A stretch of DNA of 64,000 nt from Camelus dromedarius (GCF_036321535.1 NC_087447.1:34040001-34104000); one strand, 5' to 3'; shown: positions 14,038 through 27,749, counted from the stretch's first letter. The notes: generated by a model from the letters alone, not told the origin. Translations and numbers: made by a program.

Positions 14038-14103
14038 CTGTCCTGTTTCCTGGGCAGAGTACTTCTGCAGAACTTAGGGCTAGCGGCAGGGGAAGAGAGA
14101 GGG
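14038..14103 (-). CDS. NAV2: NAV2 internal exon, 66 nt: (S)PLSSPAASPKFCRSTLPRKQD
   Basis: Acceptor cttctag|C, donor ACAG|gtaatg, symmetric phase 2-2. Confidence 0.93.
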
Positions 14104-14703
14104 CTAGAAGGCCGGCAGGTAGAAAACAAGAGAAGGAACATTAGATTGGAAGGAAGTGGGGGGAGGGGTGCTGTTATACACAATGACCGGAACGTTTTTC
14201 TCATTCCCAGCGCTGACACTGGCTTTCTTCCCCACGTGGAGAAAATGGACATGAATCACCACGGCAGTGGAATTCACAGCTCTGAGGACAATTCTGGTTT
14301 CATGCTCTCCTATCACTCCGGCAGGCAGCCCTTCAGGGGGAGGGTGTCTGCTCCGAGGAGCAGCGTGCTGAAGGGGCACCCCACTGCGCACTCCACCTGC
14401 TTGGTCTGCGCAGTTACAAAGGGCGGGGCAAGAAGCAGTCGATGAACAAACAAAACAAAATGGAAGGACTTCAAAGGCAGAATGCCATTTCAAATGAAAG
14501 CATTCAGTCTGCCCTCTTGAGAATTCCAGCAGCTCTGAGCACTGAGAATAACCACCAGGAAAAAGACAACAGGGAGCAAGGCCAGAAAGAGGGAAACCTT
14601 TCAGGCCAATGTGAATTAACATGCAGGCTTCCTAACGTCATCTTTTGACTCTCGGAAGGGTGTCTTCTGGGGAGACAAAGGCAGCCAAACACACAGCACC
14701 AAC

Positions 14704-15171
14704 CTTTCTGACAGCGTGGTCTTCACGCTGTTGGTTCTGACAAAGGGGGTCAGGGCGTCATCCTTAGAGGAGGCGAGGAGGCCGGTGGAGGAGTTGTGAC
14801 TCGGTGCCCCTCCGCTGCCAAGGGAGATGTCGATGGACTCGCAGCTGGTGTGGAGGCTGCTGACCGACTGGAAGCCCAGGCCGTCCTTGCTAACGGCCGA
14901 GGAGCTGCTGGCATTGGTGCCCCACGTGAGGCTGTTGGAGGGGCCCGAGTGGGCCGAGCTAGGGCTGGAGGCTAGAGGGGACTGGTTGCTGTCCACGTTC
15001 TTACTGTACAGAGGGCTGCTGCTCCCACTGCTCAGGACGCCACTGCCCGAGGGGGACTCTAGGTTACCTTGCTGGGTCAAGGTGGCATGAGGGTTGGAGA
15101 TGACCACCGAGTTTTTCATGGTTTCGGCTGTGGCGATGGGCACTTGCTTGGTAGGCTTCCCACCAAAGAGT
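14704..15171 (-). CDS. NAV2: NAV2 internal exon, 468 nt: LFGGKPTKQVPIATAETMKNSVVISNPHAT...RTNSVKTTLSE
   Basis: Acceptor ttcacag|A, donor AAAG|gttggt, phase 2 to 2. Lies within ORF 14616..15371. Confidence 0.96.
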
Positions 15172-17529
15172 CTGTGAAGAGACAGAGGGTTGTGTGGGTT
15201 GAATGCCCAACACCAAGGGGCACCAGAAACTGGGGCCCAGGAAAGGAGCCAGTGAGAGTCCCTGGGGAGGGAGCCATGGTCCTTCCCACTCAAATGGCTC
15301 AAGGTGATTCCCTGGGAAAGGCTGCTACGCAGTGGGGCTGGGCCCTGGGACAGCAAAGGCTCCACCTTCAAGTTCTAGGCTGCCACTGAGTCATTGGGCC
15401 AAAGGGAGACGGGGTAATAATTTTCTACAGAACGGGCCTCTCCCTCGCTGGTCCCAATCTTGCTTCTGTTTCTTTCCCTAAATAGAGTAACTAGAAAATT
15501 ACCCTTGCCCAGGAACCACCTAGAGGGAAAAGAGCTGTCTTAATCATCTTTGTATTCATGACCTCAGGCACAAAGCAGGCGCTCCGTTTATGACAGTTCA
15601 GCTCCAGAGGATTTGGTTTCTTTGATCTCTAAGCACAACATGTAGAATCAAGAACAGGAGTCCAGATCTAGAGGAGGCCTGGGCAACGTATGTTCACAGA
15701 TTTATTCTCACATGAAAGCCCAGCCCGAAAGATGTGTCTTTTGGGGCCTAGGTCCAGAGAGCCAGCACTGCCCAGTGACAGACACAAAACCTTGCTGGGT
15801 TTACAAGATGCTGGACCAGACGTGCTGGGTGTGAACTGTGACTGTGGGACAGATACCAGAAATGCCAGTGCACATCATCTCCCCCACTGCTCGTGACCAA
15901 GAGCATGCTGTCAGAGCACAGGGAAAGGCACAAATACTTCCTTCTTTGACAGAGGGTTCTCTGGCTGGATGGAGAAAGTGTCCTTAAGTCAAAGGACAAT
16001 ACATGTTCCAGTAAGGGAATGCCTTTACTTATCTGCAAAAACCCTTAGGGAACGGTGGAACCCTCTGGAAAGTGATGATACCACTGCATATTATGCTAGG
16101 CAGGTTCCCTTCCACCCAGTTGCTCAAAGTGGTGTGTTTGGCTTGTGTCATCTCCAAACAGTCCTTACAAACCTTAATTATTGTCAAAATAAACACACCA
16201 ACACATAATCAACCCTCACTACCATGTCTGGTGACAGATGAGGAACACTTTTTGCCTGGTGACAGAGAAAGAACTATCCCATTGCAGAACATTGGCTTTA
16301 GAGTGCTTACATACATCCAGTGATGGGGGCCTCACTACTCCACTCCAAAGGATAAGTGGCTCTGCTGCCTAGTACTTCCAACAGTTAGGGAATCAAAATC
16401 TCATCCACCTTTGACTCTTACACATTGCTCCTAGTCCTGCCAAATGGAACTACATAGAAAAAAATCCCATCTTTTGTCTGTTCGTCATTCAAATCACTTG
16501 AAGACAGCTATCACACTTCACCTAAGATTTGTCTTCTCCAAACCAACACACGAGAGAACTGAAAACACCTTAACTATTAAGGGAAAAATGTAATTGCCAG
16601 GAATGGGCTGAAAGGTGCTCAACGCTGAGGCGAAGAACATGCAAGCATTTTCAACTATTCTATTACACTAGCCTAAGGGTCTAGTAAAAAGCCTTTGTAG
16701 TTACTAAAGGAAATCTATAATACCAAAGAACTAATATTATATATAATATACTTGAGGCAAGAAGCAGAGAAAATTTTCATTTATAAGCAATCTGTTAAAA
16801 CAACAAAGAGGAGCCCAATAGGACCTTCCCTTGAAAAAAGAATCATTACTGAAATTCTAATAATCAAGTCTAGACAAAGAACAGTGAACAGCTTGCTTCA
16901 TTACACCTTTCATGTGGAATGCTTCTTCTGAAGTCTTTGCAAACATTCCTTTTCACCCTATATGTACATGCGCACATTTTAATTTTTTTCACTGCTAAAT
17001 TTTCTATTCTTGGGATTTACTCTTTCCTATGACAAGAAATTTTGTGGGAAGGTAGGATGAACTCTGCCCTATGCAGCTGCAGTTTTGAGGATGGTCCAGT
17101 GGATATTATAATGAGATAGCATGAAGAGGCAAAAGTTGCATAAACTGAAAAGAAACTGTTAAAAAAAAAAAAGTAAATAATCATATTTTCATGGACCAAT
17201 TTCTACCCAGTGTGGAAATGCGGGAAAATGTCTTTTTAAGGTAATAGGAAATCAGTTTCTCTTTTTCAGAAATCCTTCTGCTTTAAGAGGTTTTTTTTTT
17301 AAGGAAGCTAAAATTGCAGAGACTAATTTGGAATTATGCATGCAGTATAAAGAAGTATGTGGGGGATATTGGACTATTTGGGAAAAAGATCTGGCCAAGA
17401 TCACTGTCTGGCATAATGATGAGGAATCTGAGTCACAGCATTAAGATGAGAAAAAAAAAAAAAAAAAACCTGTCTGCTTCCCTTGAGTTCCCATCCAGAT
17501 TTGAGGGTATATTGGGGTCTCATCTTTGA

Positions 17530-17725
17530 TGGTGGCTAACTTTTACTGAGTACTTACTATGGGCCAGATATGGCTACATAGATTAATTGTCACAAGAACT
17601 CTCAGGTAGGTATCATTATCCCCATTATACAGATGAGGAAACAGAGGCAGAAGTGTTAAGAGAGGTTAAATGGCGGCTCATTAAGGAGGACCTAGGATTC
17701 AAACCCAGGATGACTGATGCCAGAG
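17530..17725 (-). mobile_element. MIR SINE
   Basis: cattatccccattatacagatgaggaaacagaggcaga...ggattcaaacccagg. Confidence 0.7.
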
Positions 17726-17900
17726 GCTTATGTTTTTCAATATGGGAAAATAATCCGTTAACTGTAAAACTTCCGGCAGCATCTGACCAAACCAGAAATG
17801 GAGAAAAAGAGAGGCTGCCTCAATTGAAAAGCAGGAAATTATTGATCCAGGATGCCATTCCGTGTATTCCAGTTCCGCTCGGTGCCATGTACCCACTTAC

Positions 17901-18603
17901 CTGCGGAGCGTGGGGGAGGCCACATCCGGGTACTTGGCTCCTGGCTGGAGAGTGGCCTGAGCCGCACTGGACACAGGCTGGGCTGCCGGGTTTACTTTCA
18001 CTGAGTTACAGGAAGCCACGCTCTCATTGTCAGATGAGATGCCTTTCTCCTTATCCGTCTGGTTGACCAGACCTGGCAAAGAGCTGCCCAGGGCTGTTTT
18101 GGAAGGCTCTCTCAGCTTGGGCACTGGCAGGCCTGCTGACTTGCTGCTGATGTTGGAATCTATGCTGCTGGTACTAGACCTGTTCCCAGCCCCGTTCCGG
18201 CTGGTGGACTTACTGGGCCTTGGCAAACTCCGGTACTGTAAGTTTGTCCGGGAGCTGAGAGACAGATACCCGTCATCCTGATTCTGAGCTCCATCCATGC
18301 TTGTCTTCCGACCGGTGGACCGACCGACAAGAGCAGATGACTTTGGGATTTTGCCCAGGGTGGCTGACCTGCTGGTGACAGTGGCCCCACTGGCTGTGAT
18401 CATGGCCAGACCAGCGGCAGAGCCACTCTGCTTCTTGAACCCAAAGCTGTTGGCATTGGCTGCGGGTGTCCTGGAGCTGCTGGGGAGGGGCTTCTTGGAT
18501 TCATCACCACTGCTACGGCCGGCATCTGACGGGGAGCGCTTCACCTGGGAGGCTTTGGGTGACAGTCTTCCCTTCTCAGATACTTTTGCATCATCTGTTT
18601 TTC
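17901..18603 (-). CDS. NAV2: NAV2 internal exon, 703 nt: GKTDDAKVSEKGRLSPKASQVKRSPSDAG...YPDVASPTLR
   Basis: Acceptor ctcttag|GA, donor GCAG|gtaagt, phase 1 to 2. Corresponds to ORF 17897..18640. Confidence 0.97.
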
Positions 18604-19337
18604 CTAAGAGGGAAATCAGTAAAGTTAGACCACAAACCAAGAAGCCAGCTCATCCAGCTCAGTCTATTTAAAATTCTCCCCTCCTTCCAAGAACTGGTTC
18701 ACTTTCTCCTAAGGGGAAGCAGTCCCATTGGGAGTCAGAGGAAAGAGCTTTTTGTAAAGATAACCTCATCTACAACTGTCAGCCTTTTAGGAGATGTCAA
18801 TGACTTTCCTCATTTGCAAAGCAGTCTAAATTTACCTAGAATAAACCAAAGCCAGCCAAACACTGATAGGTCTGGGAAAGAGATCTTGTCTTTTACTGAC
18901 CTTTCTCCTCTTGTCTATTAAAAAGCTGTCCCTAATATTCTCAGGGGGTACCCCACCTTCCTACAAAAACAGTGCCTTTGTTTACACATATCCTCACATC
19001 ATGGACAACATCAATTCAACATAACCAATAGCTCATAACCATGTGCCCTTGAATAGTCTTCACTGAGTACCTGTTAGCTCTTACCCAGCACATGCTTAAA
19101 CCAAGTCAACACACCTCCGCAGGTGAACTGCCTTCAGAGTTTAAGAGGCTCACGCACTTACATATTGCCACTTGGAAAAAGGTAAGTTCTGAAAGCTGGC
19201 TATTAGCAGGATCTAAACCCAAAGAAGAAATACCTGCACATTTATAGGGACTTTAAAACATCATCAAGTCCTTGTGCAGATTTGGTTTTGAAACTGACAA
19301 CCGTGCATGCGACACAGAGCACGCGCTTCTGACTCAC

Positions 19338-19629
19338 CAGTTCCTGGGGTCTTGAGCGTGCCTGCCGGAGCAGCTGGCTTCGTCCTTGGCACAGTGATGC
19401 CCACCTGAGCCGTCATGCCTCGCCGCCACGAGCCTGTCTGCGAGATGACAGGGTTCTTCTTGCCTGACGTGCTTTTGTCAGACTCGTCAGACACGTCAGA
19501 GGGATTCCGCCTCCACTTGGACCCCGGCTCCATCTTTATGCCGCTGTCTGACCCTCCGTCTGACTTCTTGACATCATCGCCGGACCACAGGGAATTCCTC
19601 TCCACCTGCGAGTGCTTCTCTGCATCGGT
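19338..19629 (-). CDS. NAV2: NAV2 internal exon, 292 nt: TDAEKHSQVERNSLWSGDDVKKSDGG...GTLKTPGT
   Basis: Acceptor ttcacag|ACC, donor ACTG|gtgagt, phase 0 to 1. Confidence 0.97.
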
Positions 19630-21779
19630 CTGTGAAGGAGACCCTCTGAATTAGCCCTTCTTAAACCCCAGGCGAGGGAGCCCCTCACCCCAGAGTGAAA
19701 AATGTCAATGCACTGGACAAGGTAAGGGAAAAATAACAGATAACTACTTGAAAATGTTTGGGTCTTTGTACTCTCGTTATCTGGTTAAAAAGCTCGACTT
19801 GTTGGGTCTAAGGAAAGTAAGGAATACGAATATGTCTTAGAAGGGAGTGAGGGAGGAAGAGTAAAAGAAGCCAGAGGAAAAAGAGGGAAAGAGCCCCATG
19901 GAGGAGAACCAGCAGACAGAGATGTGGCAGGAACTCAGCCCCCAACTCTGCCACTTGGCGACCAGCCTCTTCTAACTCTGGCAGCCTGATCTCTATCCAG
20001 CCTCCAGCCTCCCAGCCCATTTCCCTTTGTTTGCCGTCTCCCTGTCGCTCCACTGGCAGTGAGATCTTTGGATCCAGCACAGCGCACAGTCTAACACACC
20101 GAGAGCAAGCAAGCGAGGGCAGCTGCCAGCTCCCCTCAAATCAGGGAGAGAGAGGGGCTGAGAGGAAGCAAATCCTCAAAAGCCACTTCCCCCTCAACAC
20201 TAGGAGCCAGCGAGTGTCTGCTCCCACCCCAGCTCCATTTATATGCCGCGGCTTGCTCGTCTTGTGGGATTTTGTGCAGACAAGGGATATAATTAGCCAG
20301 CTTTCTTTGGAAGAGGCCTGACCTGCTGGCCATGGAGCCCAGGAGGGGCCAGAAGTGTGATGTTAATGATTTGCTGCAGTTAAAAGGCATAACACTAAAT
20401 AGAAAGCTTTGGGGACCTCCCCAGGGGTTGCGGCCAGCTCAAGGAGATTTCAGCAGGGAGAAGCAGCGTAGTGAATGGGGAAGGAAGGTCACCAACACTT
20501 TAGGGTAGCTCTCCTAGGATACAAGTCCCATGTTTGTGATAGTTAACTACCAACAGTGGACATTATCAGAAGAGGAGGAAATCAAAACGATGCCCTGGCA
20601 AGAATCTGGCCCAATGCCTGTCATCCAAGACTAGTACGAACGACTTCTCCCATGGAATACACTGATGACAGGGGACCAGAGCCACACACAGACAAGCAGC
20701 CCAAGTTCAGCTGCCTCAATATCATCACCACCACAGCCTCCCTCTCTCTCCCTTTGCGACCTCATGAGTGCCTTCTGTTGTTCAGTCATTCCTCAAACAC
20801 ATGCTTAAGTTCCCACTAGGTACCAGGCATCAGAGGGAGGAGGAGGACAGAAACACTGAGAAGCTCATCCCTCAGCTGCGGCAAGGCACACAGGTGTCCC
20901 CACAGCAGGCACTCAATCAAGGCCTGATGAGTCAACGAGCAAATGAATGAACACATGCTTCTCCAGCCACAGAACGCTGTGACAAAGTGACTCCGACCAA
21001 TATCTGGTCAAGGAGGGTAAGCAGCACTGTCTTCATCTCAGTTTTACAGATGAGCGGAAACTCACGCTACTCACTCCGTGTCCCAACTACCCCAGCCCAT
21101 GTTCCTTCCTCTAAACCTTTCAGTATATTCATTCAACCAGAATTTCCTCCAGGATGCCTGTGGAGGAGAACCAGCAGACATTGTGGGTCTGAGGGTCTGG
21201 GAGTAAGATTGGTTCCCATTCCTCCTGAAGTTTATGATTCAGTGAAAGAGGCAGGGATTGGAAATATAAGACAAAAAAAAAAAAAGGAAAGGACCAGGAG
21301 TCTGAGAAAGAAATACAGACATTGATGTAACTTCAGATGATGAACACAGGGGTAAGGACAGTGGTCCAGTAAGACCTTTTTGAAGAAGTGCCCTAAAGAA
21401 TGAGAAGAAATTTACTAAGAGAAGAGTTTAAGGACGAGCATGCCAGGTAGCAGGAATAGCACGTGCAAAGGCCCTGAGGCAGAAAAGAGGTTGGCTTTGG
21501 AAATATTCACTCAATAAATATTTATTGAGTGCCACTATGTGCCAAGCAAGCTTTTGGATACTGGATATACTACAATGAATAAGAACAAAGTACAAATTAT
21601 TAGTCCCCTGGAGCTTATATTCAAGTATATTCTAACACATTCTAATACACTCTAAGAGGTACTGAAAACTTAGCACATACCACATCCTGGGGTACTGCAT
21701 TAACTCATTTTTTAATGTTCCTATACCTTATTTTTCCTGATCAAATTGTAGTGGTGCTAATAGTAGTAGCAGTAAAAAT

Positions 21780-22000
21780 GAAAACTTACTAGGCATTTAC
21801 TATGTGCTTGGCGCTGGGCTAAAGTGCTTTTTACATGTATCATTTAATTTAATCCTCAGCAAAAAAGCTATGAGGAAGTTACAGTTCATAATCTCAATTT
21901 TACATGAGGCACCGAGTAGAAAAGAGAATTGGCCAAGATGACACAGTGCAAGGATTCCAAGGAACCTAAGTTCAGAGCCCATATTTTAGCCACAATGCTA
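21780..22000 (-). mobile_element. MIR SINE
   Basis: catttactatgtgc...tcatttaatttaatcctcagcaa...ttggccaagatgacacag. Confidence 0.6.
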
Positions 22001-23958
22001 TACCACCTTCCTGGAGGATAAGTCCAAGTACGTGAGGATGCTGCATGCCCAGTGGTACCTAACACAACAGCCACACCCAGCTGATTTTCCTTCTACTCTG
22101 GATGGCCTGTAGTGGCCTTCCCCAACTCCCACTCTGGAGCAGTTCCAGGGTACCCTCTGGGTTGAACCTTCAGAACTGTGGAGGTTCCACCACCAATGGC
22201 AGACAAAGTGCTCAAGTCCCTAGTCTGAGACTGTGACTTGAATTTCCCTCTGGAAAGAACAATCATCCAATCATCACAGCCTCCACAACGTGGTCTGGGG
22301 GGTAGGCTCCCAGCTGCTCTGTGCACAGCGACACCTGCCCTGGGACACTCTCCTGGTTTTAAGTTCACATCTCCTTAGCAAACCCCTCCTGAGCTATATG
22401 CCGATCATGTGGTGGCACCAGGGGAATTAAGAGATGACAAAGACCCAGCCTCTCTGTTCCCAGAGCTGGAGGGCCAGCAGGACAGCCACGTAGGGATGTA
22501 CAAAGAGCTGCACCCTCCCCTTCGCCAACTGTTTCCATTGCAAATGGTACCTCCTGTATGTAGAACGTTCCTACTGCCTGTACCTGCAAGTCTACTTACT
22601 CATTCAGCATCCAAGAGGGAAGGCGGGGAAATAGCCACACACAAGGAGGGAGAGGGCCTGGAAGACGGAAGAGAGCTCTCTTGACTGGCCCAGAGGAGGC
22701 CAATCTCCTTAGAGTAAGAGGGTGAAAACAAGGCACTGGGGAGTGAGGTGCAGCTGTGGGGAGTGATGGGGGGAAGGGCATGGGTTTGGCGTCTGACAGA
22801 CTTGAGTTCAAGGACTAGGTGCTGCCATTCCTTTGCTGTGTGTGATCCTGGAGGAAGTGGTGGAACCTCTGGGAGATTGTTACCTTGTGCATAAAACAGG
22901 GATGGCAGCAGACAGGTGTCTCACAGAGTTGACAGTGGACTCAATGAGCTAAATGTGGAGGGACTCAATAGAGAGTGATTCCTTTGTCACCAACTGTCCC
23001 GCCTCTGAAAAGCACAAGCACTTTAGCATTTATCCTATTTTTGTCCTGTATTAAGGTGAACAGGGTACTTATCATTCCTGCTCTCAGGCCATAAACTTCT
23101 AGAAGCCAGGAACACTGCCCTCTTCACACCCGTATCATCCCCTGCCAATCAAGACAAGGAACTGGTTGAAGTCTGAGTCCCAGTGATAAGAGAGATAATG
23201 ATCAGCATCGTCACCTGCCGCTTTCCATGCCAGGCCTGTGTCCCTCCGCATCCATTATTAGCTCATCTCATCCTCTGAACTTGTACTATTATCTGTATTT
23301 TACAGACAAGGAAATTATAGGCCTGAAGAGGAACAGTAACTTGCCTAAAGTCACAAGCAGCAGGACCCAGCAGGAGGCAGAAGGGGCACCCACGTCCACC
23401 CCAGCCAACCCCAAACCCAATATCCAGACCAACATCCAGAGAGCCCCAGGCTCACTCAAGTCCATACAGGGCAGGGATCCTCGCCACGGATTTCAGAATT
23501 TTATTTCCTTCAGGAGCCAAATCTTATCTTTTCTCCCCCCAGTATATTTTATTTAAAATTTCACGGGCAGTGAAAATGAGAGGCATCTTGACGTTTTTTG
23601 TACTTTGGCAACTGGAATGGAGCTTCTACAGACTGAGAGGAAATAGTGAATAACAGGACAGGATTGGACAGATGAACATGTATGTGTGCAAGAGATGTCT
23701 GTTAAAGTCCCCTGTCACCTCTGTCAATACACTGTCCTAAAAATAAAATGCTGAAAAATGTAAGATGAATTGCTCTGAAACTCTAAAAAAAATCTATTAA
23801 GAACAATCAGCTTTTGGTTCCTGACATGAATGGAGGAGGGAGTCAAAGGGATAGGTAATACAGAGGAAGGAAGGAAAGAAGGGGAGAAAAGACTAGAAAA
23901 GACAAGAATAGAAAAGGAAAGAAAAGAAACATCTGAGCAACTATTAAGAATTAGGCAC

Positions 23959-24558
23959 TATATACAATAGCCAAGCATGGAAACAACCTAAATGTCCATC
24001 AACAGATGACTGGATAAAGAAGATGCAGTGTATATCTACAATGGAATAGTACTCAGCCATAAAAAAGGAATAAATAATGCCATTTGCAGCAACATGGATG
24101 GACTTGGAGAGCATCATACTAAGTGATGTAAGGCAGAAACAGAAAGAAAAAAAAACCATATGATATCATTTATATGTGGAATCTAAAAAAAAAAAAAAAG
24201 AAAAGAAAAATGAACTTACTTATAAAACAGAGACAGACTACAGACATAGAAAACAAACTTATGGTTACCAGTGAGGAAAAGCGGTGGAGGGATAAATTGA
24301 GAGTTTAGGATTTGCAGATACTAACTGCTATATATAAACCAGATAAACAACAAAGTCCTACTGTATAGCACAGGGACTATATTCAATATCTTATAATGGC
24401 CCATAATGAAAAAGAATATGAAAAGGAATATATATATATTTTTCCAGTTATATATACACACACACACACACACATACACACACACATATAACTGAATCAC
24501 TGTGCTATATACCAGAAATTAATATAACATTGTAAATCAACTATATTTCAATAAAAAA
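23959..24558 (+). mobile_element. 5'-truncated LINE-1 (ORF2 C-terminal remnant plus 3'UTR)
   Basis: L1 motifs CAATAGCCAAG..ATGGAAACAACCTAAATGTCCATC and CAGCAACATGGATGGAC, AATAAA with poly(A). Perfect 13-bp TSD aagaattaggcac at 23946-23958 and 24559-24571. Confidence 0.93.
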
Positions 24559-26166
24559 AAGAATTAGGCACCAGAAAGCATGTTCAGATAAAGTATGTCC
24601 ATATCACTCTCACAGTCACCCTTCAAGATAAAGTCTAATTACCATGGTTTTATGGAAGAGGAAGCAGAGGTTTGGAGTGGCTGAGCCCATCCAAAGATGT
24701 CACAGAGCTAGGAGCTCAACCCTGACCTCAGAGGCCACATCTTTTCCCTGACACCACAACCAGACTCACCAGCTCTCTTGGAGAAAGTTGACCAAGGGGC
24801 TGTCAGACCTCAGGCAGGGGGATTCTCTGCCCAGCACACTGAGAAGTACTGAGCAGAGGCTGATGCTGAATATCTTGGGCACCTGTGCCCTGTCAAGGGC
24901 CCTGTCAGTGCTCCTCAACATCCTTGGGGAAATAATCACTCACAGACAAAGGGGACTTCCCTCCCCCAAGGCTCGCTCCTCTGTTACCCGCGCCTCCTCC
25001 CTCAGCTAAACGAGGCTGTCCCTTAGGCTTCCAGAGGATAGCTTCCCAGTTCCTTAGATATATTTCCTTTTGAAAGTTCCTCAGAGGCTTTCAAATATGA
25101 AAACCCAGACAGGACACCTGTCTGCAACCTGCTTTCCCAGTGGACACACTGGGCTGCTTCTTTCTGCCTCTCCATGTCTTGCCGGGGATGCTGTGTGCTG
25201 CCAGTTTGTTCAGGGAAACCAGCATGTGACAGGAACCTGAGTGAGCCCTGGGGAGGATGGCAGTACACCCCTTCCTGCTGCCTGATGCTGCTCGGAGAGG
25301 AGCAATGGCCCTTAGCACTCCTCAGAGCGGTACAAGGGAGGAGGGGAGAAGGCTGCGACTTACACGGATTCCGATACTCAGAGATGCTCCCTGGACAGGA
25401 ACAAAGGGATGCCAAAGAAACCACCCCAACAGGACTCTCAGTAACTACTGGAGCAAGCCTACATTTATTTTATTCCAAGACCTACTTACTTAGTTTTTGT
25501 TTAAATATTTAAACTCAGGTAGTACTATAGCAAAAAACAATCCTATGAATAGTAAACCCTTTCCATGCCTTGAAATTAACTTTCTAATCTTGATCAAAAA
25601 GACATGTTTGTGTAATTTTTTTGAGACTTTTCTGATGTGACATTTGCTGGATGGAAAGCAAAGAGTTGGTCAGGTTGGGGGGGGGGGGCTTGGCATGAAC
25701 AAAATTCAAATGTATCATCTGTAAAAATCAGATGTTTACTCTGAATCAATGTGGAAAATGGATTCTAACTCCAGCTTTGTAGGATGGGAACAAAGACAAG
25801 AGATTGTTCCAACAGTGTTCTGTTGGCTCAGTGAGCATCTTAGGAGCAAGCTTCTTCCTACCTTGCAAGTAAACAGGAAAGAAACCTACTGATTTACAGA
25901 CCTCTCTCCCCTCTCTCTCTGATTCCCTCTTTCTCCTTCTCTCTTAGGTCCCCAACTCAGTATCTAAGGACAGTCTAGAACCTTGGTGGTTGTTTTTACC
26001 TTGAAATTAGAATGAGTCTCAGGGGGAAAAAACAGTGTCCACAAGGGAAGGAAAACGGTGGTTATTAAAACATTTGGCAAGTGGCAGGAACACAGTTTGG
26101 CTAGATGTCTCTAATTTGCATCTAATAACTAACTAAACAGTGATCACTTGGGTGGTATGGCTTAGG

Positions 26167-26330
26167 CTTTTTTTTTAATCAACTTTTAAAAATTGAGATA
26201 TAACATTCATATACTAAGTACAATCTTAAGTATATAATTTGAATAAATTTTATGAAATTAACGTATTTACATAACTACTACTCAGATCCCCATGTGGAAC
26301 ATTACCAGCACCCCCAAAATCTTTGTTCTC
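26167..26330 (-). mobile_element. Old L1M 3' end fragment
   Basis: T-tract followed by attgagatataac...aatcttaagtatata...gaacattaccagcacccccaaaa, typical of an antisense L1M 3'UTR. Confidence 0.6.
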
Positions 26331-27749
26331 CTTTCATTTGGGTGGTTTTTTTCCTTAACAACCACCACAACCCCCTCATTCCCTAACAATAATTAGAAAT
26401 TCAAGCTAAAATGAAAACTCAAGAAGTCACAGGCAAGCCCAGAGACAACAGCTAATGGATTTCGTCAGGCAGCCTATGCTTACGTTTCTCCGGGACAGCA
26501 GCACTCCCGCACTCTGACACATCTTTTATTTAGCTCTGTCCTCAAAGAAAGATACCTTTGAAAGGAAAGAGATTCCCGAAGCAGCTCCTATCTGTACACA
26601 GTGAGAAATAGCTAAGGAAGCAGATAGGGGAAGAAGGGGGTGAAGGAAGGGGGCAGTGGCAGTTCTGTCCTCCCAAGGTCCCTCTGGGAGACTCTGTCTC
26701 CATCAGACCTTCACATGGGTTCACCAGAGGCAGCAGCCCCTACCAGTGGGAGGAGCCTATCATGAAAAGAATCATGAAAATCCACTCATTGCCAGTGCCA
26801 CCACAGCTGGCCAGTCCTCGAGCCAGTCAGTCCCAACATGGATACCAGTCAGAGGATGGCACCTTGCTTGTCCACTAGTAAAATGGGCTGACTAGAACCA
26901 ACCCCTCTGACCACAGAGCAATGCTGTGAGGGCAAGTGAATGTGCCCACATGAAACTGCTTTGGAAACACTGCATTGGAAATATCAAATGTGAGAATTTA
27001 AAGCAGGGGTTGGAAATTCAAGTCCCTCTGGGAAGGCAGGTATTTGAAGGGAGCAGCTAGCCAGCACACTGGGGCATGGGTGCCCAGTCCAAAAGGGAAA
27101 GACACCTGGACATCTGTGGGTTGTCTCCATGTAGAGAATGTAGGAGGCAGTATCCTCTGATTGTTCAAGAGAATCCAGAAGCTTATTTTCAAGGAAAATA
27201 ACACACTTTTAAAAACTTGACAAGCAATCCAGTTTAAAAGAAGACTGATATTGGGGGCCAAATAAAACACGCTGGTAGGAGGAATGACCCACAGATCAAC
27301 AGTTCTCAACCTCTGGTTGGAATGCACTCATCTCCTGGTCCAGGGCTCTCAACCTTTGTTCCCACCCCATCACTCTTGAGGGATCAGACTTGTGCCATGG
27401 ACACACACTCCAGGCTAAGAACAGCCAACTGAGTCCAACAGTCTTTTTTTTTCCCCAGATAGATTATGAAACTGAGGTCCGGGAAGAAAACATGATTTTA
27501 CCAAGGCCACCACAGTGAGATTCGTGGGTCTCCCCACTCCCTTTTCTGGTGCCCCCTGCCCAACCCTCTTTCCCTGTAGGCAGAGGCCTCAGTTTGGAGA
27601 CAAGAGACCAGGCAGCAAGCAGGAGGTCAGGCCTCATTTCACAGACCTGGGGATCATGTTCACCCCAAATGACCCCCGTGGCCCACAAGCTCAAGGCTCT
27701 CTGCTGGCAGTGGCCTTGGGAGGAGCCTGCGAGGGACCCTGTTCCTTAC

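Noticed and set aside
12660..14420. CpG island or promoter around the small exons
   Set aside because: GC and CpG content are locally raised but by eye look below island density, and I found no first-exon signal. An observed/expected CpG calculation would decide this.
14827..18671. Plus-strand ORFs overlapping NAV2 exons as a separate antisense gene
   Set aside because: They are shadow ORFs of GC-rich coding exons. An antisense lncRNA cannot be supported from sequence alone.
23944..24159. 71-aa minus-strand ORF
   Set aside because: It is the antisense translation of the L1 ORF2/3'UTR fragment.
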